From the NCBI GenBank assembly GCA_963457525.1, contig OY734805.1:982984-1046983 (forward strand): DNA of 64,000 nt, read 5' to 3'. Positions 18,379 through 28,979 of the stretch are shown piece by piece. The stretch comes from Parvibaculaceae bacterium (GTDB lineage: Bacteria > Pseudomonadota > Alphaproteobacteria > JAPOUT01). Positions within the stretch are counted from its first letter, which is position 1, and every line of letters starts with the position of its first letter. The notes beneath the pieces are model-generated. The model saw only the letters and a program-made list of their open reading frames with translations, was not told the DNA's origin and searched no databases. The position numbers and the translations under genes were made by a program.

Positions 18379-20814
18379 TTAAGTCCGCAGTCTCTCGTTC
18401 TCGGGATCAAAGGGCGATTCTTCCAGCACCGTCGCCTTGTGACGCTTGGAGAAAATCTCCACTTCCAGTTCGTTCCCGACGGTTTCGTTCCCCCGCTCGA
18501 CCATGGCCAGTGCGAGGGATTTGCCCAGGCGCCATCCGTATCCCCCGCTTGTGCAGCGCCCGACCATCTTGTCCCCGGAGAAGACGGGCTCGCTTCCCCG
18601 TGTATCGGTGTCCTCAATGCCGTGCACTTCAAGGGTCGCGAAAGCATAGCGGAATCCGCGTTCTTTCCATGCCAGGAGGCCCTCCCTTCCAATGAAGGCG
18701 TTTTTGTCGAGGCGCACGAAACGGTCCAGTCCCGATTCCAATGCCGCATATTCGATGGACAGCTCGCGCGGAATCAGCCGGTAGGATTTTTCCAAACGCA
18801 GCGAGTTCATCGCACGAATTCCGAACGGGCGGATGTCGAATTCTTTTCCGGCTTCCATGAGCAGGTCAAAAATGTGGTTTTGCATTTCGATGGGATGGTG
18901 AAGCTCCCAGCCCAGTTCCCCGACGAAGTTAACACGCAGGGCGTTTGCGTTTGCAACGCCCACATCAATGCGCTTGCCGGACAGCCACGGGAACGCTTGT
19001 GTTGATAAATCCGCGTCGGTGACTTTGGCGAGAACGTCCCGGGAACGGGGCCCCGCCAGCACCAACACGCCTTGCTGCGTTGTGATTTTATTGAGTTGCA
19101 CGCTTCCGTCGGACGGAAGCAGGCGCTCAAGGGTGTCGAAGTCGTGTCGTTCGAAGGCGCCGGCGGAGACGAGATAGAAGTTTTCCTCCCCGATTTTATA
19201 GACGGTGAATTCCGAGCGCACGCCCCCGTTGGTTGAGAGAAGATGGCACAACCCGAGCCGTCCGATTTTGCGCGGGATCCGGTTTGCGAGAATCGAATCA
19301 AGCCATCCCGCCGCTCCCGCGCCGGTGACTGTGAATTTGGAGAACGCCGACATATCGAGCAGCCCGACGTGTTCATGGACATGCTTGCATTCGTTTCCGA
19401 CATGTTCGAAATAGTTGGAGCGGCGGAAACTCCATTTGTCCTTAGCCTCAACGCCCTTGGGGGCGAACCAGTTGGGTCTTTCCCATCCGTAGACATGTCC
19501 GAACACGGCGCCGAGGTTTTTCATTCTGTCAAAACACGGCGTTTGCTTGAGCGGCCGCGCGGCGGCGCGCTCCTCGTCGGGGAAGTGAACGGTATAGACG
19601 TTGCGATAGGCTTCCTCGTTTTTTTCGCGCAGATATCCGCGCGTTGCATACGGACCGAATCGCCTCGGGTCGACGTCCATCATATCGATGCTGGGTTCGC
19701 CTTCGGTGATCCATTCGGCGAGCTGCCAGCCTGCGCCGGCCGCCGCCGTAACGCCGAAAGAGTGTCCTTCGTTGAGCCAAAAGTTTTTCAGGCCCCATGC
19801 CGGCCCGACGATTGGAGCGCCGTCGGGCGTATAGGGAATGGCGCCGTTGTAAACTTTCTTGACGCCGAGTTCGCCGAAGATGGGCACGCGTTCGATTGCG
19901 CCTTCGATGTGGGGCTCGAGTCGTTCCAGGTCTCCCTGGAAGAGTTCGTATTCGGCCTCGTCGTCCGGCCCGTCGACATAGCAGCACGGGGCGCCGACCT
20001 CGTAGGGACCGAGGATGAGCCCGCCTGCTTCTTCGCGCATGTAGAAGGCGGCCTTGGTGTCGCGGAGGACGCCCATTTCGGGTTCGCCGTTTGCCTTGCG
20101 TTCCTGGAGCGCCGGATGGGCTTCGGTGACGATGTATTGGTGTTCAACGGGGATGACGGGGATGTCGAGTCCGACCATGGCACCAGTCTTGCGGGCGAAG
20201 TTGCCGGTGGCGGTAATGACGTGTTCGCAGGTGATGTCGCCGCCTTCGGTTCGGACGAGCCACTCGCCCGAGGGTTTTTGTTCAATGGCGCGCACGGGAG
20301 TGCTTCGGTGGATTGTTGCGCCGTTTTCCCGTGCATAGTGGGCCATTGCCTGCGTGACCTCGTTGGGCTGGACGTATCCGTCTTTCGGGTGCCGGATGGC
20401 GCCGATGAGATCATCGGTCGTACAAAGGGGCCAGAGCTCCTTGACCTGTTCGGGCGTGAGAACTTCGACTTCGACTCCGATGGTTTTTGCGATGCCGACA
20501 TAGGCCATGAATTCGTCCCATCTGTCCTGTTCGGCTGCAAGCCGGATGTTGGAGACAAGACGCAGTCCCGTGTCCATTCCGGTTTCTTCTTGAAGCTTCG
20601 GGTAGAGGTTGAGGGTGTATTTGTGGATTTGGCCGACGGAGTAACTCATATTGAAAAGCGGAAGGAGTCCCGCGGCGTGCCAGGTTGAGCCCGATGTCAG
20701 TTCTTTCCGCTCGAGGAGCACGATGTCGCTCCAGCCCTTTTTTGCGAGGTGGTACAGGGTTGCGACACCGATGACTCCGCCGCCGATGACGACGGCTCTG
20801 GCTTGTGTTTTCAT
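18379..20814 (-). CDS. Dimethylglycine/sarcosine dehydrogenase family (FAD DAO domain + GcvT-like domain)
   Basis: The N-terminal VVIGGGVIGVATLYHLAKKG FAD motif and an 811-aa length with a C-terminal aminomethyltransferase-like domain are present. Confidence 0.85.
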   Translation of the reverse strand: MKTQARAVVIGGGVIGVATLYHLAKKGWSDIVLLERKELTSGSTWHAAGLLPLFNMSYSVGQIHKYTLNLYPKLQEETGMDTGLRLVSNIRLAAEQDRWDEFMAYVGIAKTIGVEVEVLTPEQVKELWPLCTTDDLIGAIRHPKDGYVQPNEVTQAMAHYARENGATIHRSTPVRAIEQKPSGEWLVRTEGGDITCEHVITATGNFARKTGAMVGLDIPVIPVEHQYIVTEAHPALQERKANGEPEMGVLRDTKAAFYMREEAGGLILGPYEVGAPCCYVDGPDDEAEYELFQGDLERLEPHIEGAIERVPIFGELGVKKVYNGAIPYTPDGAPIVGPAWGLKNFWLNEGHSFGVTAAAGAGWQLAEWITEGEPSIDMMDVDPRRFGPYATRGYLREKNEEAYRNVYTVHFPDEERAAARPLKQTPCFDRMKNLGAVFGHVYGWERPNWFAPKGVEAKDKWSFRRSNYFEHVGNECKHVHEHVGLLDMSAFSKFTVTGAGAAGWLDSILANRIPRKIGRLGLCHLLSTNGGVRSEFTVYKIGEENFYLVSAGAFERHDFDTLERLLPSDGSVQLNKITTQQGVLVLAGPRSRDVLAKVTDADLSTQAFPWLSGKRIDVGVANANALRVNFVGELGWELHHPIEMQNHIFDLLMEAGKEFDIRPFGIRAMNSLRLEKSYRLIPRELSIEYAALESGLDRFVRLDKNAFIGREGLLAWKERGFRYAFATLEVHGIEDTDTRGSEPVFSGDKMVGRCTSGGYGWRLGKSLALAMVERGNETVGNELEVEIFSKRHKATVLEESPFDPENERLRT

Positions 20815-20904
20815 TGTTCTACTCCGTGATTTGTTCCGGACGAAATATATTAATATCGAAGTCTAGGATGTTGTCAAAACTTTTGTCGGTCGCCCGGCTC
20901 AAAT

Positions 20905-21123
20905 CTATAACGTGCCATTCCTGCGCTTTCGCGCGATGACGGCATCCATTATTTCATCGAGTGTGCGCGTGCTTACGCCGCTTCTTTCACCTTCTTCAAG
21001 GGCGGCGCGAATGGCGGCAATCTCGGCCGGTGTTTCCTGTTTCCGAAGTCGGCGTTCGTGCATCAACGCCCGGCGCTTTTCGCTTTTATAATCAAAACGG
21101 CCGGGATGTTTCTCGTCAACCAT
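20905..21123 (-). CDS. Small protein resembling the C-terminal half of a ParD-type antitoxin (orphan)
   Basis: AAIRAALEEGERSGVSTRTLDEIMDAVIARKRRNG resembles the ParD/CC2985 C-half. No RHH N-half and no ParE toxin are adjacent. Confidence 0.3.
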   Translation of the reverse strand: MVDEKHPGRFDYKSEKRRALMHERRLRKQETPAEIAAIRAALEEGERSGVSTRTLDEIMDAVIARKRRNGTL

Positions 21124-21173
21124 TGGCGCTGTCCGCCTCCCGGCAACGGATTTGTTGAATTCGCGGGAAATTC

Positions 21174-21359
21174 CTAGCTTGCATCCTTCGGCTCGCGGAC
21201 TTTCCTGCCTCGGTACATTCCGGTCTTGAGATCAATATGGTGCGGACGGCGGAGCTCTCCGCTCTCCGCATCCTCAATATAGGCGGGACGCAGGAGTGCC
21301 ATGGAAGAGCGCCGAAGCCCTCGTTTGGAAGGGGTTGTTTTACGCTTGGGGACTGCCAT
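21174..21359 (-). CDS. rpmF: 50S ribosomal protein L32
   Basis: [18 protein letters not shown]...[18 protein letters not shown] is present. Confidence 0.9.
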   Translation of the reverse strand: MAVPKRKTTPSKRGLRRSSMALLRPAYIEDAESGELRRPHHIDLKTGMYRGRKVREPKDAS

Positions 21360-21393
21360 TGTCTAAACTCCGGTTGATTCGCTATGCCCGATG

Positions 21394-22518
21394 TTACACC
21401 GCTTTCTTCAACAAGTCGAGAGGCTCGACCGCCTTCTCCCCGAGCGCGGCCCCGACGGCTTCATGCGCAATCTTTCCGCCCATCACGTTGAGGCCGTTTC
21501 GAAAATGAGGATCATCCAGCAAGGCCTTCGCATACCCCTTGTTGGCGAGGGTGACGACAAACGGCAGCGTTGCATTGTTGAGGGCGAGAGTTGAACTGTT
21601 CGCAACCGCCCCGGGCATGTTCGCGACGCAATAGTGGACGACGTCTTCAACGTTGTAGGTCGGATTGTCATGCGTGGTCGGCTTGGAAGTCTCGAAGCAT
21701 CCGCCCTGGTCAATGGCGATGTCGACAACCACCGTGCCCGCTTTCATCTCTTTGAGCATTTTGCGGGTGACAAGTTTCGGCGCGGAAGCTCCCGGCACCA
21801 ACACCGCGCCGATAACAAGATCGGCTTCAAAAACATAGCGTTCGATGTTTTCGATGGAACTGAAGATGGTTCGAAGGTGGGGTCCGAAGGCTTGATCGAG
21901 TTCGCGCAACCGGTGCGCGGAAATGTCGAGGATGCTCACATCCGCGCCAAGCCCGAGCGCCATGCGTGCCGCATTGGTGCCTGCAACGCCCCCGCCCAGG
22001 ATTGCAACCTTCGCAGGCGCGACACCGGGCGCGGCTCCGAGCAGCACGCCCCGTCCGCCCTGGTGGATTTCAAGGGTGTGGGCGCCGGCGTGCACGGACA
22101 TTCGTCCGGCGATTTCGCTCATGGGTGCAAGCAAGGGGAGTCCGCCGCGATCGGACGTGATGGTTTCGTAAGCAACGGCGATGCAGTTCGCATCCTTGAG
22201 TCCTTTCGCAAGTTCGGGTTCGGCGGCAAGGTGCAGGTAGGTAAAAAGAATCTGCCCGTCTCGAAGTTTTTTCCATTCGACTTCCTGGGGTTCCTTAACC
22301 TTGACGATCATCTCGGCCTTTTCGAAAACTTCGCTTGCATCGGCCGCGATGGTTGCGCCGATGTTTTTGTATTCCTCGTCCGTCATGCCGAGTTTCGCCC
22401 CCGCGTTTGTTTCAACCAGCACCTTATGTCCGTGATGGATGAGCTCACGCGCGCTTCCCGGCGTAAGTCCGACACGATACTCATGGGGTTTGATTTCCTT
22501 GGGCACTCCGATCAGCAT
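21394..22518 (-). CDS. ald: Alanine dehydrogenase
   Basis: MLIGVPKEIKPHEYRVGLTP...FTYLHLAAEPELA...IAIDQGGCFETS is present. Confidence 0.9.
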   Translation of the reverse strand: MLIGVPKEIKPHEYRVGLTPGSARELIHHGHKVLVETNAGAKLGMTDEEYKNIGATIAADASEVFEKAEMIVKVKEPQEVEWKKLRDGQILFTYLHLAAEPELAKGLKDANCIAVAYETITSDRGGLPLLAPMSEIAGRMSVHAGAHTLEIHQGGRGVLLGAAPGVAPAKVAILGGGVAGTNAARMALGLGADVSILDISAHRLRELDQAFGPHLRTIFSSIENIERYVFEADLVIGAVLVPGASAPKLVTRKMLKEMKAGTVVVDIAIDQGGCFETSKPTTHDNPTYNVEDVVHYCVANMPGAVANSSTLALNNATLPFVVTLANKGYAKALLDDPHFRNGLNVMGGKIAHEAVGAALGEKAVEPLDLLKKAV

Positions 22519-23540
22519 GGCGAATCCTTTCTTGTTTTGTTGGCCGCGCGGGCGCGCGGATGCGACTCCTCATATACACGCAAGAGGCTGTTGGTTTCCA
22601 GCTCCGTATAGACCTGCGTGCTCGAAAGGCTCGCATGTCCGAGAAGCTCTTGTATGGTTCTAAGGTCTCCGCCCGCATTTAGCAAATGCGTCGCGAAGGA
22701 ATGCCTCAGCGCATGGGGCGTTGCCTGGGGGGGCAATCGCAAATTCTCGCGCGCCCGAGCCATGCTCGCCCGCACGGCTCTCGTGCCGAGCCGCCGTCCT
22801 CGTTTGCCGAGAAAGAGGGGTGATTCGGGGTTGAGCGCAAACGGGCAGATTGCAACATATTGTTTGAGAGATTCGCGCACGGCAGGCAGCACCGGGACGA
22901 TTCGCTCCTTATCTCCCTTTCCGGTGACGGTGAGTCGCTCGCCCAGCGGCAGGATGTCCGCGTTCAGGCTCAACGCCTCGAAAGTTCGCAGGCCGCATCC
23001 ATACAACATCGCAAAGACGGCAACATCGCGCGCCGCGCACCAATCTTCCCTGGTTGAATTGTCGATGTCGGATTTTTCCAAAAGCGCGCGGGCATCTTCC
23101 TTGTCGATGGGCTTGGGCAGCAGGCGCGGAAGTTTCGGCATGCGGATGGCGTCCAGCGCGGACGCATCAATGCGGTCCTGCCGGTGAAGCCATCCCAGCA
23201 GAGAACGAATTCCGGACATTGATCGTGCCAGTGTGCGTGCGCCCAAGCCGTTGTATCGTCGTTGCGCAATAAAGGCGCGGATGTCCGATACAAGAATCTT
23301 TTTGGGCAGGTCGGGCGAGCCGCGATGGTCTTGCAGGAATGCAAGGAAGTCCCGCGCGTCCCCTTGATACTTCTGCACGCTTCCGGGAGCGAGCCGCTGC
23401 TCGATGGCAATGTATCGAAGCCATGCGGCAAGATCTTTGTGCGAGGACTTCTTTGCCGTCGGCGCAAGTGCGCGCGCCCGCTCGTCAAAGTCAAAATACG
23501 GAGATGAATCGATTGGAGGTGTTTTTGCGGAAGCTTTCAA
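22512..23540 (-). CDS. Tyrosine recombinase XerC/XerD family
   Basis: The C-terminal catalytic motifs ...HALRHSFATHLL...LGHASLSSTQVYTEL are present. The start is uncertain; TTG 23540 was chosen because the ATG at 23669 overlaps the upstream gene by ~120 bp. Confidence 0.8.
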   Translation of the reverse strand: MKASAKTPPIDSSPYFDFDERARALAPTAKKSSHKDLAAWLRYIAIEQRLAPGSVQKYQGDARDFLAFLQDHRGSPDLPKKILVSDIRAFIAQRRYNGLGARTLARSMSGIRSLLGWLHRQDRIDASALDAIRMPKLPRLLPKPIDKEDARALLEKSDIDNSTREDWCAARDVAVFAMLYGCGLRTFEALSLNADILPLGERLTVTGKGDKERIVPVLPAVRESLKQYVAICPFALNPESPLFLGKRGRRLGTRAVRASMARARENLRLPPQATPHALRHSFATHLLNAGGDLRTIQELLGHASLSSTQVYTELETNSLLRVYEESHPRARAANKTRKDSPC

Positions 23541-23550
23541 CTTTCTCGCC

Positions 23551-24210
23551 CTAGGGTATCGGCATATTTTGCCCGGTTGCTTTCCAGTCCTGCAAAAACT
23601 TTTCAAGACCCTTGTCCGTGAGAGGATGCTCAATGAGCGCTTCGAAGATTTTCGGCGGCAGGGTCGCAACGTCCGCGCCGATCAGCGCGGCATTCTTAAC
23701 ATGTTCGACATTGCGGATGGACGCGGCAAGAATTTCCGTTTCGAAACTGTAGTTGTCGTAAACCGATCGAATCTCCTCTATCAACTCCATGCCGTCGGCG
23801 CCGGTATCGTCAATGCGTCCGATGAAGGGCGAGATGAACATCGCGCCGGCTTTGGCCGCAAGCAACGCCTGATTCGCCGAAAAGCACAAAGTGACATTCA
23901 CGCCGATGTTTTCATCCGCGAGTTTGCGGCACGCGGTCATTCCTTCCCACGTGCAGGGCAGTTTCACCACGATGTTGTCGGCAAGGCTTGCAAGGTAGCG
24001 TCCCTGCCGATACATCTCCCCGGCTTCGGTCACAACGACCTCGGCGCTCACCGGTCCTTCAATCAGCGTGCAGATGTCACGCAAGACTTCTTCGAATCCT
24101 TTGTCCGATTGCGCCATCAGGGAAGGGTTGGTGGTGATGCCGTCTATCATCCCCGTCGGACGCAGTCGCGTGATATACTCAATGTCGGTGCTGTCGAGAA
24201 AAATCTTCAT
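23551..24210 (-). CDS. tal: Short-type transaldolase / fructose-6-phosphate aldolase (Fsa/TalC family)
   Basis: It contains [13 protein letters not shown] and has the 219-aa length typical of this family. Confidence 0.85.
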   Translation of the reverse strand: MKIFLDSTDIEYITRLRPTGMIDGITTNPSLMAQSDKGFEEVLRDICTLIEGPVSAEVVVTEAGEMYRQGRYLASLADNIVVKLPCTWEGMTACRKLADENIGVNVTLCFSANQALLAAKAGAMFISPFIGRIDDTGADGMELIEEIRSVYDNYSFETEILAASIRNVEHVKNAALIGADVATLPPKIFEALIEHPLTDKGLEKFLQDWKATGQNMPIP

Positions 24211-24273
24211 TGCCTAACTCCCTTGTGTATTGTCACATAAGTCTAGGGGAATCAGGAGGCTTGCGCTAGGGGT

Positions 24274-26508
24274 TTGTCGTCACTCATGAATGCTTCGAAA
24301 AAACCGCAGGTGAGGGTGCTCGTGCCGCTGGCCGTGCCCAAAGCCTACAGCTACGCCCTTCCCGAGGGCATGACCCTCGCCCCCGGCGACGTAGTGCGCG
24401 TGCCCCTGGCTTCGAAGGTGTGCACGGGGGTCGTCTGGGACGGTGCCGGGGACGGGGATATTGATGAAAAGCGGCTGCGGTACGTTCAGGAACACCTGCC
24501 GGTCCGACCCATCCCGAAGGAACTGCGGACGTTCATCGAATTCGTTTCGAAATACACGCTCCATCCTCTCGGCACCGTGTTGCGCCTCACATTGAGTGCG
24601 CCGAACGCGCTCAAGCCCCCTCCCGAGCGATTCGGATATGTCGCAACCGCAACAGCACCCAAGCCGATGACGCAAACGCGAAAACGGGTTCTTGACGTCC
24701 TCGAGCAGGAAAACGGCCCCATCGAACAAAGTGACTTGGTTAAGCGCGCAAAAGTCCGCGCCGAAGTGCCGCGCGCGATGGCGAAAGCCGGATGGCTGCG
24801 GCAGGTTCAAATGGACGGCGCGAGCGAAACCGCGCCGCACGATGCATACCAGCTCGCCCGGGAGAAAAGCGCTTTGCCTTCGTTGTCCCCCGATCAAGAA
24901 TCGCTCGTCTCCGTATTGCGCGAGGCGCTGAAAGACGGGGACGGCTGGGGGAAGGACGGCGCACGCGGCAACGGCTTCCTGCTGGACGGCGTCACGGGCT
25001 CGGGTAAAACCGAGGTTTATTTCGAAGCGATTGCTTCGATTTTGGAAGCAGGCAGGCAGGTGCTTGTGCTGCTGCCGGAAATCGCGCTCACCGAACAATT
25101 TCTCAAACGTTTCACCGCGCGCTTCGGCATCGAGCCTCTCGTATGGCACTCGGGGCTGACGCAGGCGCGACGGCGCGACGGCTGGAGGGCGGTTTCGAAC
25201 GGTTCGGCGCGCATGGTCGTCGGGGCGCGCTCGGCCCTGTTTCTTCCGTTCGAAACACTCGGGCTTATTGTTGTCGATGAAGAACACGAGCAGGCCTTCA
25301 AGCAAGACGACGGCGTTCTCTATCACGCGCGGGACATGGCCGTTGCGCGCGCTTGGCTCGGCGGCTTTCCGATTCTGCTCTCTTCGGCGACGCCGAGTTT
25401 GGAATCGCTGGAAAATGTCGAGCGCGGACGTCTGCAGCATTTGCGTCTGGGGGAGCGCTTCGGCGGCGCGTCGCAGCCGGATATTTCCATCATTGATTTG
25501 CGCGGCGAAACCACCGATTCGTCCCATTGGCTCGGCGAATCACTGGTTTCACTCATGCGCGAGACCCTCGAGCGGGGAGACCAGAGCCTTTTGTTTCTCA
25601 ATCGCCGGGGCTATGCGCCGGTTTCGCTGTGTCGCGCCTGCGGCGAGCGAATCACTTGTCCCAATTGCGATACATGGCTCGTTGAACATCGCTCCCGCGG
25701 CGGACTCTTGTGCCATCATTGCGGTTTTCGGCGCGCCTTGTTGCTCGAGTGTCCCGCCTGCGGAGAAAAGGAAAGTCTCGTGGCGTGCGGCCCCGGAGTC
25801 GAGCGCATTGCCGAAGAAACCGCCGCCTTGTTTCCGCAGGCGCGAATCGAGATTCTCTCTTCGGACAAAGTTTTCGGCGCGCGGGGTTACCAGGGCGCCA
25901 TCGAGCGAATCCTCGGACGCGAGGTCGATATCATCATCGGCACGCAAATCATTGCCAAAGGCCATCACTTTCCGCATCTCACGCTGGTCGGCATCGTTGA
26001 CGCCGACATCGGGCTTGGAAATGCGGACATGCGCGCAAGCGAGCGAAGCTATCAGCTGCTTCACCAGGTCATCGGACGTTGCGGGCGGGAGGAGCGCCCC
26101 GGACGGGCCTTGTTGCAAACCTGGATGCCCGAGCATCCCGTCATCCAGGCCCTTGCGCGCGGCGATCGCGACGGCTTCATAGAACAGGAGCGGTTTTTCC
26201 GCGAGCGCGCGGGTTTGCCGCCCTTCGGGCGGCTGGTTGCGGTGATTCTCTCCGATACCAGCGAGCAGAGAGTCAAGGACGCGGCGCAGGCTTTGAGCAA
26301 AGCCGTTCCCAGGGGGGAGGGTTTTGTGCTGCTGGGTCCCGCGCCGGCGGCCTTATACCGCCTGAGGGGGAAATTCCGGTATCGTTTCCTGTTGAGGGCG
26401 GGCCGAAACATCAACGCGCAGAGGCTGATTAGCGACTGGCTTGCCGGCGCCCGCCTGTCTTCCGGCACGCGTTTGGTTGTGGATGTCGACCCCTATTGGT
26501 TCGGTTGA
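24274..26508 (+). CDS. priA: Primosomal protein N' (PriA helicase)
   Basis: The helicase motif GVTGSGKTEVY and DEEH are present. The Cys-rich Zn motif CRACGERITCPNCDTWLVEH...CHHCG is also present. Confidence 0.9.
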   Translation: MSSLMNASKKPQVRVLVPLAVPKAYSYALPEGMTLAPGDVVRVPLASKVCTGVVWDGAGDGDIDEKRLRYVQEHLPVRPIPKELRTFIEFVSKYTLHPLGTVLRLTLSAPNALKPPPERFGYVATATAPKPMTQTRKRVLDVLEQENGPIEQSDLVKRAKVRAEVPRAMAKAGWLRQVQMDGASETAPHDAYQLAREKSALPSLSPDQESLVSVLREALKDGDGWGKDGARGNGFLLDGVTGSGKTEVYFEAIASILEAGRQVLVLLPEIALTEQFLKRFTARFGIEPLVWHSGLTQARRRDGWRAVSNGSARMVVGARSALFLPFETLGLIVVDEEHEQAFKQDDGVLYHARDMAVARAWLGGFPILLSSATPSLESLENVERGRLQHLRLGERFGGASQPDISIIDLRGETTDSSHWLGESLVSLMRETLERGDQSLLFLNRRGYAPVSLCRACGERITCPNCDTWLVEHRSRGGLLCHHCGFRRALLLECPACGEKESLVACGPGVERIAEETAALFPQARIEILSSDKVFGARGYQGAIERILGREVDIIIGTQIIAKGHHFPHLTLVGIVDADIGLGNADMRASERSYQLLHQVIGRCGREERPGRALLQTWMPEHPVIQALARGDRDGFIEQERFFRERAGLPPFGRLVAVILSDTSEQRVKDAAQALSKAVPRGEGFVLLGPAPAALYRLRGKFRYRFLLRAGRNINAQRLISDWLAGARLSSGTRLVVDVDPYWFG

Positions 26509-26850
26509 GGGAATTGCACGCTTCCTTTTGAAAAACGCCGATTTTTGAGGGAGGCGCCTTATGGAGACGGCAAAGCAAAACCCCGGGCGCTTGCTAGGCA
26601 GAGGCTATCCCGGGGTGCACGAGCCGAGTATAAATGTGGAAAGAAAAAAAGTCAATGGCAACCCAAAAGAACCCGACCCCCATTTCCAAGATTCCGTTCC
26701 GCAACGTCAGGCGCTTTTTCGCGCCCGGGGCTGTTTATTTCGCTTGCGGGAGCCGGAAAATCCCCCCGAATCTCCTCCTTGCCCCAAACGCCCCGCTGTG
26801 CTATCCCATACGCACAACCACCTATTCCAAACGAACCAGAGTGCAGGCCC

Positions 26851-27411
26851 TTGTCCACACCAAATATCGCAATTGCATCCGCGCCCGGACGATACGCAGC
26901 CGCCCTTTTCCAGCTCGCGAAAGACGGCAACGCCCTTGAGGCCGTTGCCGATGACATGGCCGCTCTTGAGAATCTTATCAAGGACAATCCGGACCTTCAT
27001 TTTGCCTTGACCAATCCGGATTTTCCAAAAACGCAAAAATACAAAACCCTCCAGACCATCTGCGACAAGCTTGATGCGCACAAACTTACACGAAACACCA
27101 TCGGCGTGCTCTCGCAAAACTCCCGCGTTGCCCTTATTGGCGAAGTTGCCGCCAGTTTTGCAAATCTTCTCGCCCACCATCGAAACCAGCAGCATGCCGA
27201 GGTCATCTCCGCCGCTCCCCTCAATCCGCAGCAGCAATCCCAAATTCGGGACTTGCTCGAGAAAAACATTGACGGCAAAATCAAACTTTCCCTCCTGACC
27301 GACCCGAAGATTCTCTCGGGAATCATCGTCAAGATCGGGAGTTTCATGATCGACACGTCGCTCAAAACAAAACTCGAAACCCTTGAAACCACAATGAAAG
27401 AAACAAACTAG
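26851..27411 (+). CDS. atpH: ATP synthase F1 delta subunit (OSCP)
   Basis: Translation from TTG 26851 gives [20 protein letters not shown]...; the 186-aa length is typical of delta. The longer ORF from 26545 is unlikely to be coding. Confidence 0.75.
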   Translation: MSTPNIAIASAPGRYAAALFQLAKDGNALEAVADDMAALENLIKDNPDLHFALTNPDFPKTQKYKTLQTICDKLDAHKLTRNTIGVLSQNSRVALIGEVAASFANLLAHHRNQQHAEVISAAPLNPQQQSQIRDLLEKNIDGKIKLSLLTDPKILSGIIVKIGSFMIDTSLKTKLETLETTMKETN

Positions 27412-27412
27412 T

Positions 27413-28945
27413 ATGGACATCCAGACCGCCGAAATCTCCAAAATCCTCAAAGAGCAAATCCAGAACTTCGACCAGTCGCAGGCGCAAGTCGCCGAAATTG
27501 GACGGGTTCTCTCCGTTGGCGACGGCATCGCGCGGGTGCACGGACTTGATAACGTGCAGGCCGGTGAAATGCTCGAGTTCCCGAACAACGTCCGCGGAAT
27601 GGCGCTCAATCTCGAGCATGACAGCGTCGGAATCGTTCTCTTCGGACAAGACCAGAAGATCCAGGAAGGTGACACCGTCAAACGCACCGGCGAAATCGTC
27701 GAGGTTCCCGTGGGGCGCGGACTGCTCGGGCGGGTCGTGGACGCGCTTGGAAACCCCATTGACGGAAAGGGCCCCATCCAATCGGACGAGATGCGCCGTG
27801 TTGACGTCAAGGCGCCGGGAATCATCGCGCGGCAATCCGTTCACGAACCCATGCAGACGGGACTCAAAGCCGTGGACGCGCTCATTCCCATCGGAAGGGG
27901 GCAGCGCGAACTTATCATCGGCGACAGGCAGACCGGCAAGACCGCGGTTGCCATTGACGCCATCCTCAACCAGAAAGCGGTCAACGAAGGAAGCGATGAA
28001 TCCAAAAAACTCTACTGCATCTATGTAGCCATCGGACAGAAGCGCTCGTCCGTTGCAAACATCGTTCGCACCCTTGAAGAAAACGATGCCATGAAATACT
28101 CCATCGTCGTTGCCGCCACCGCGTCCGATCCGGCGCCGCTGCAGTTCCTCGCGCCCTTTACCGGATGCGTCATGGGGGAGTATTTCCGCGACAACGGTAT
28201 GCACGCACTCATCATTTACGATGATTTGTCCAAACAAGCCGTTGCGTACAGGCAGATGTCCCTGCTTCTGCGCCGTCCGCCCGGACGCGAAGCCTATCCC
28301 GGCGATGTTTTCTATCTGCATTCGCGCCTGCTTGAGCGCGCCGCCAAGCTCAACGAAGAGCACGGCTCCGGTTCCCTTACCGCCCTGCCCATCGTTGAAA
28401 CGCAGGCCAACGACGTCTCCGCTTACATTCCGACCAACGTGATTTCCATTACCGATGGACAGATATTCCTGGAAACCGATCTCTTCTATCAAGGCATCCG
28501 TCCCGCCCTGAACGTCGGGCTTTCGGTTTCGCGTGTGGGATCCTCCGCCCAGGTGAAGGCCATGAAGCAGGTCGCCGGACGCATTAAGGGCGAGCTCGCG
28601 CAATATCGGGAAATGGCCGCCTTCGCACAATTCGGCTCCGATTTGGACGCATCCACGCAAAAGCTTCTCGCCCGGGGATCGCGTCTGACCGAGCTTTTGA
28701 AACAGGCGCAGTTTTCCCCCCTCTCCATGGAGGAGCAGGTGGTCGTCATATTTGCGGGCGTCAACGGATACCTTGATGACCTGCCGCTCGAGAACGTCGG
28801 GCGCTTTGAAGAAGAGTTGTTGCGGTTTGTCCATGCCGAACACGGCGGTCTTATTGAAGACATTCGCAAGGAGCAGTCGCTCTCGGATGAAATCGAAAAC
28901 CGTCTGCGCGAGGCCGTAACCGCATTCGCCAAAACTTTCGCGTAA
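27413..28945 (+). CDS. atpA: ATP synthase F1 alpha subunit
   Basis: The P-loop [15 protein letters not shown] is present and the product is 510 aa. Confidence 0.97.
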   Translation: MDIQTAEISKILKEQIQNFDQSQAQVAEIGRVLSVGDGIARVHGLDNVQAGEMLEFPNNVRGMALNLEHDSVGIVLFGQDQKIQEGDTVKRTGEIVEVPVGRGLLGRVVDALGNPIDGKGPIQSDEMRRVDVKAPGIIARQSVHEPMQTGLKAVDALIPIGRGQRELIIGDRQTGKTAVAIDAILNQKAVNEGSDESKKLYCIYVAIGQKRSSVANIVRTLEENDAMKYSIVVAATASDPAPLQFLAPFTGCVMGEYFRDNGMHALIIYDDLSKQAVAYRQMSLLLRRPPGREAYPGDVFYLHSRLLERAAKLNEEHGSGSLTALPIVETQANDVSAYIPTNVISITDGQIFLETDLFYQGIRPALNVGLSVSRVGSSAQVKAMKQVAGRIKGELAQYREMAAFAQFGSDLDASTQKLLARGSRLTELLKQAQFSPLSMEEQVVVIFAGVNGYLDDLPLENVGRFEEELLRFVHAEHGGLIEDIRKEQSLSDEIENRLREAVTAFAKTFA

Positions 28946-28979
28946 ACACGGATCCACTGCAGGCACACGGGCACGAACA

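Noticed and set aside
22512-23540. XerC/D-family tyrosine recombinase as evidence of a prophage or integrative element.
   Set aside because: It is flanked by housekeeping genes (ald, tal, priA) with uniform GC. No att-like repeats, phage genes or tRNA are nearby, which is consistent with the chromosomal dimer-resolution recombinase.
26545-26850. ORF continuing upstream of atpH (MREAPYGDGK...), giving a 288-aa delta subunit.
   Set aside because: Delta/OSCP is ~180 aa and homology starts at ...GRYAAALF. The upstream part is Pro/Arg-rich without similarity. This is more likely a ~340-bp promoter/leader region, with TTG 26851 as the start.
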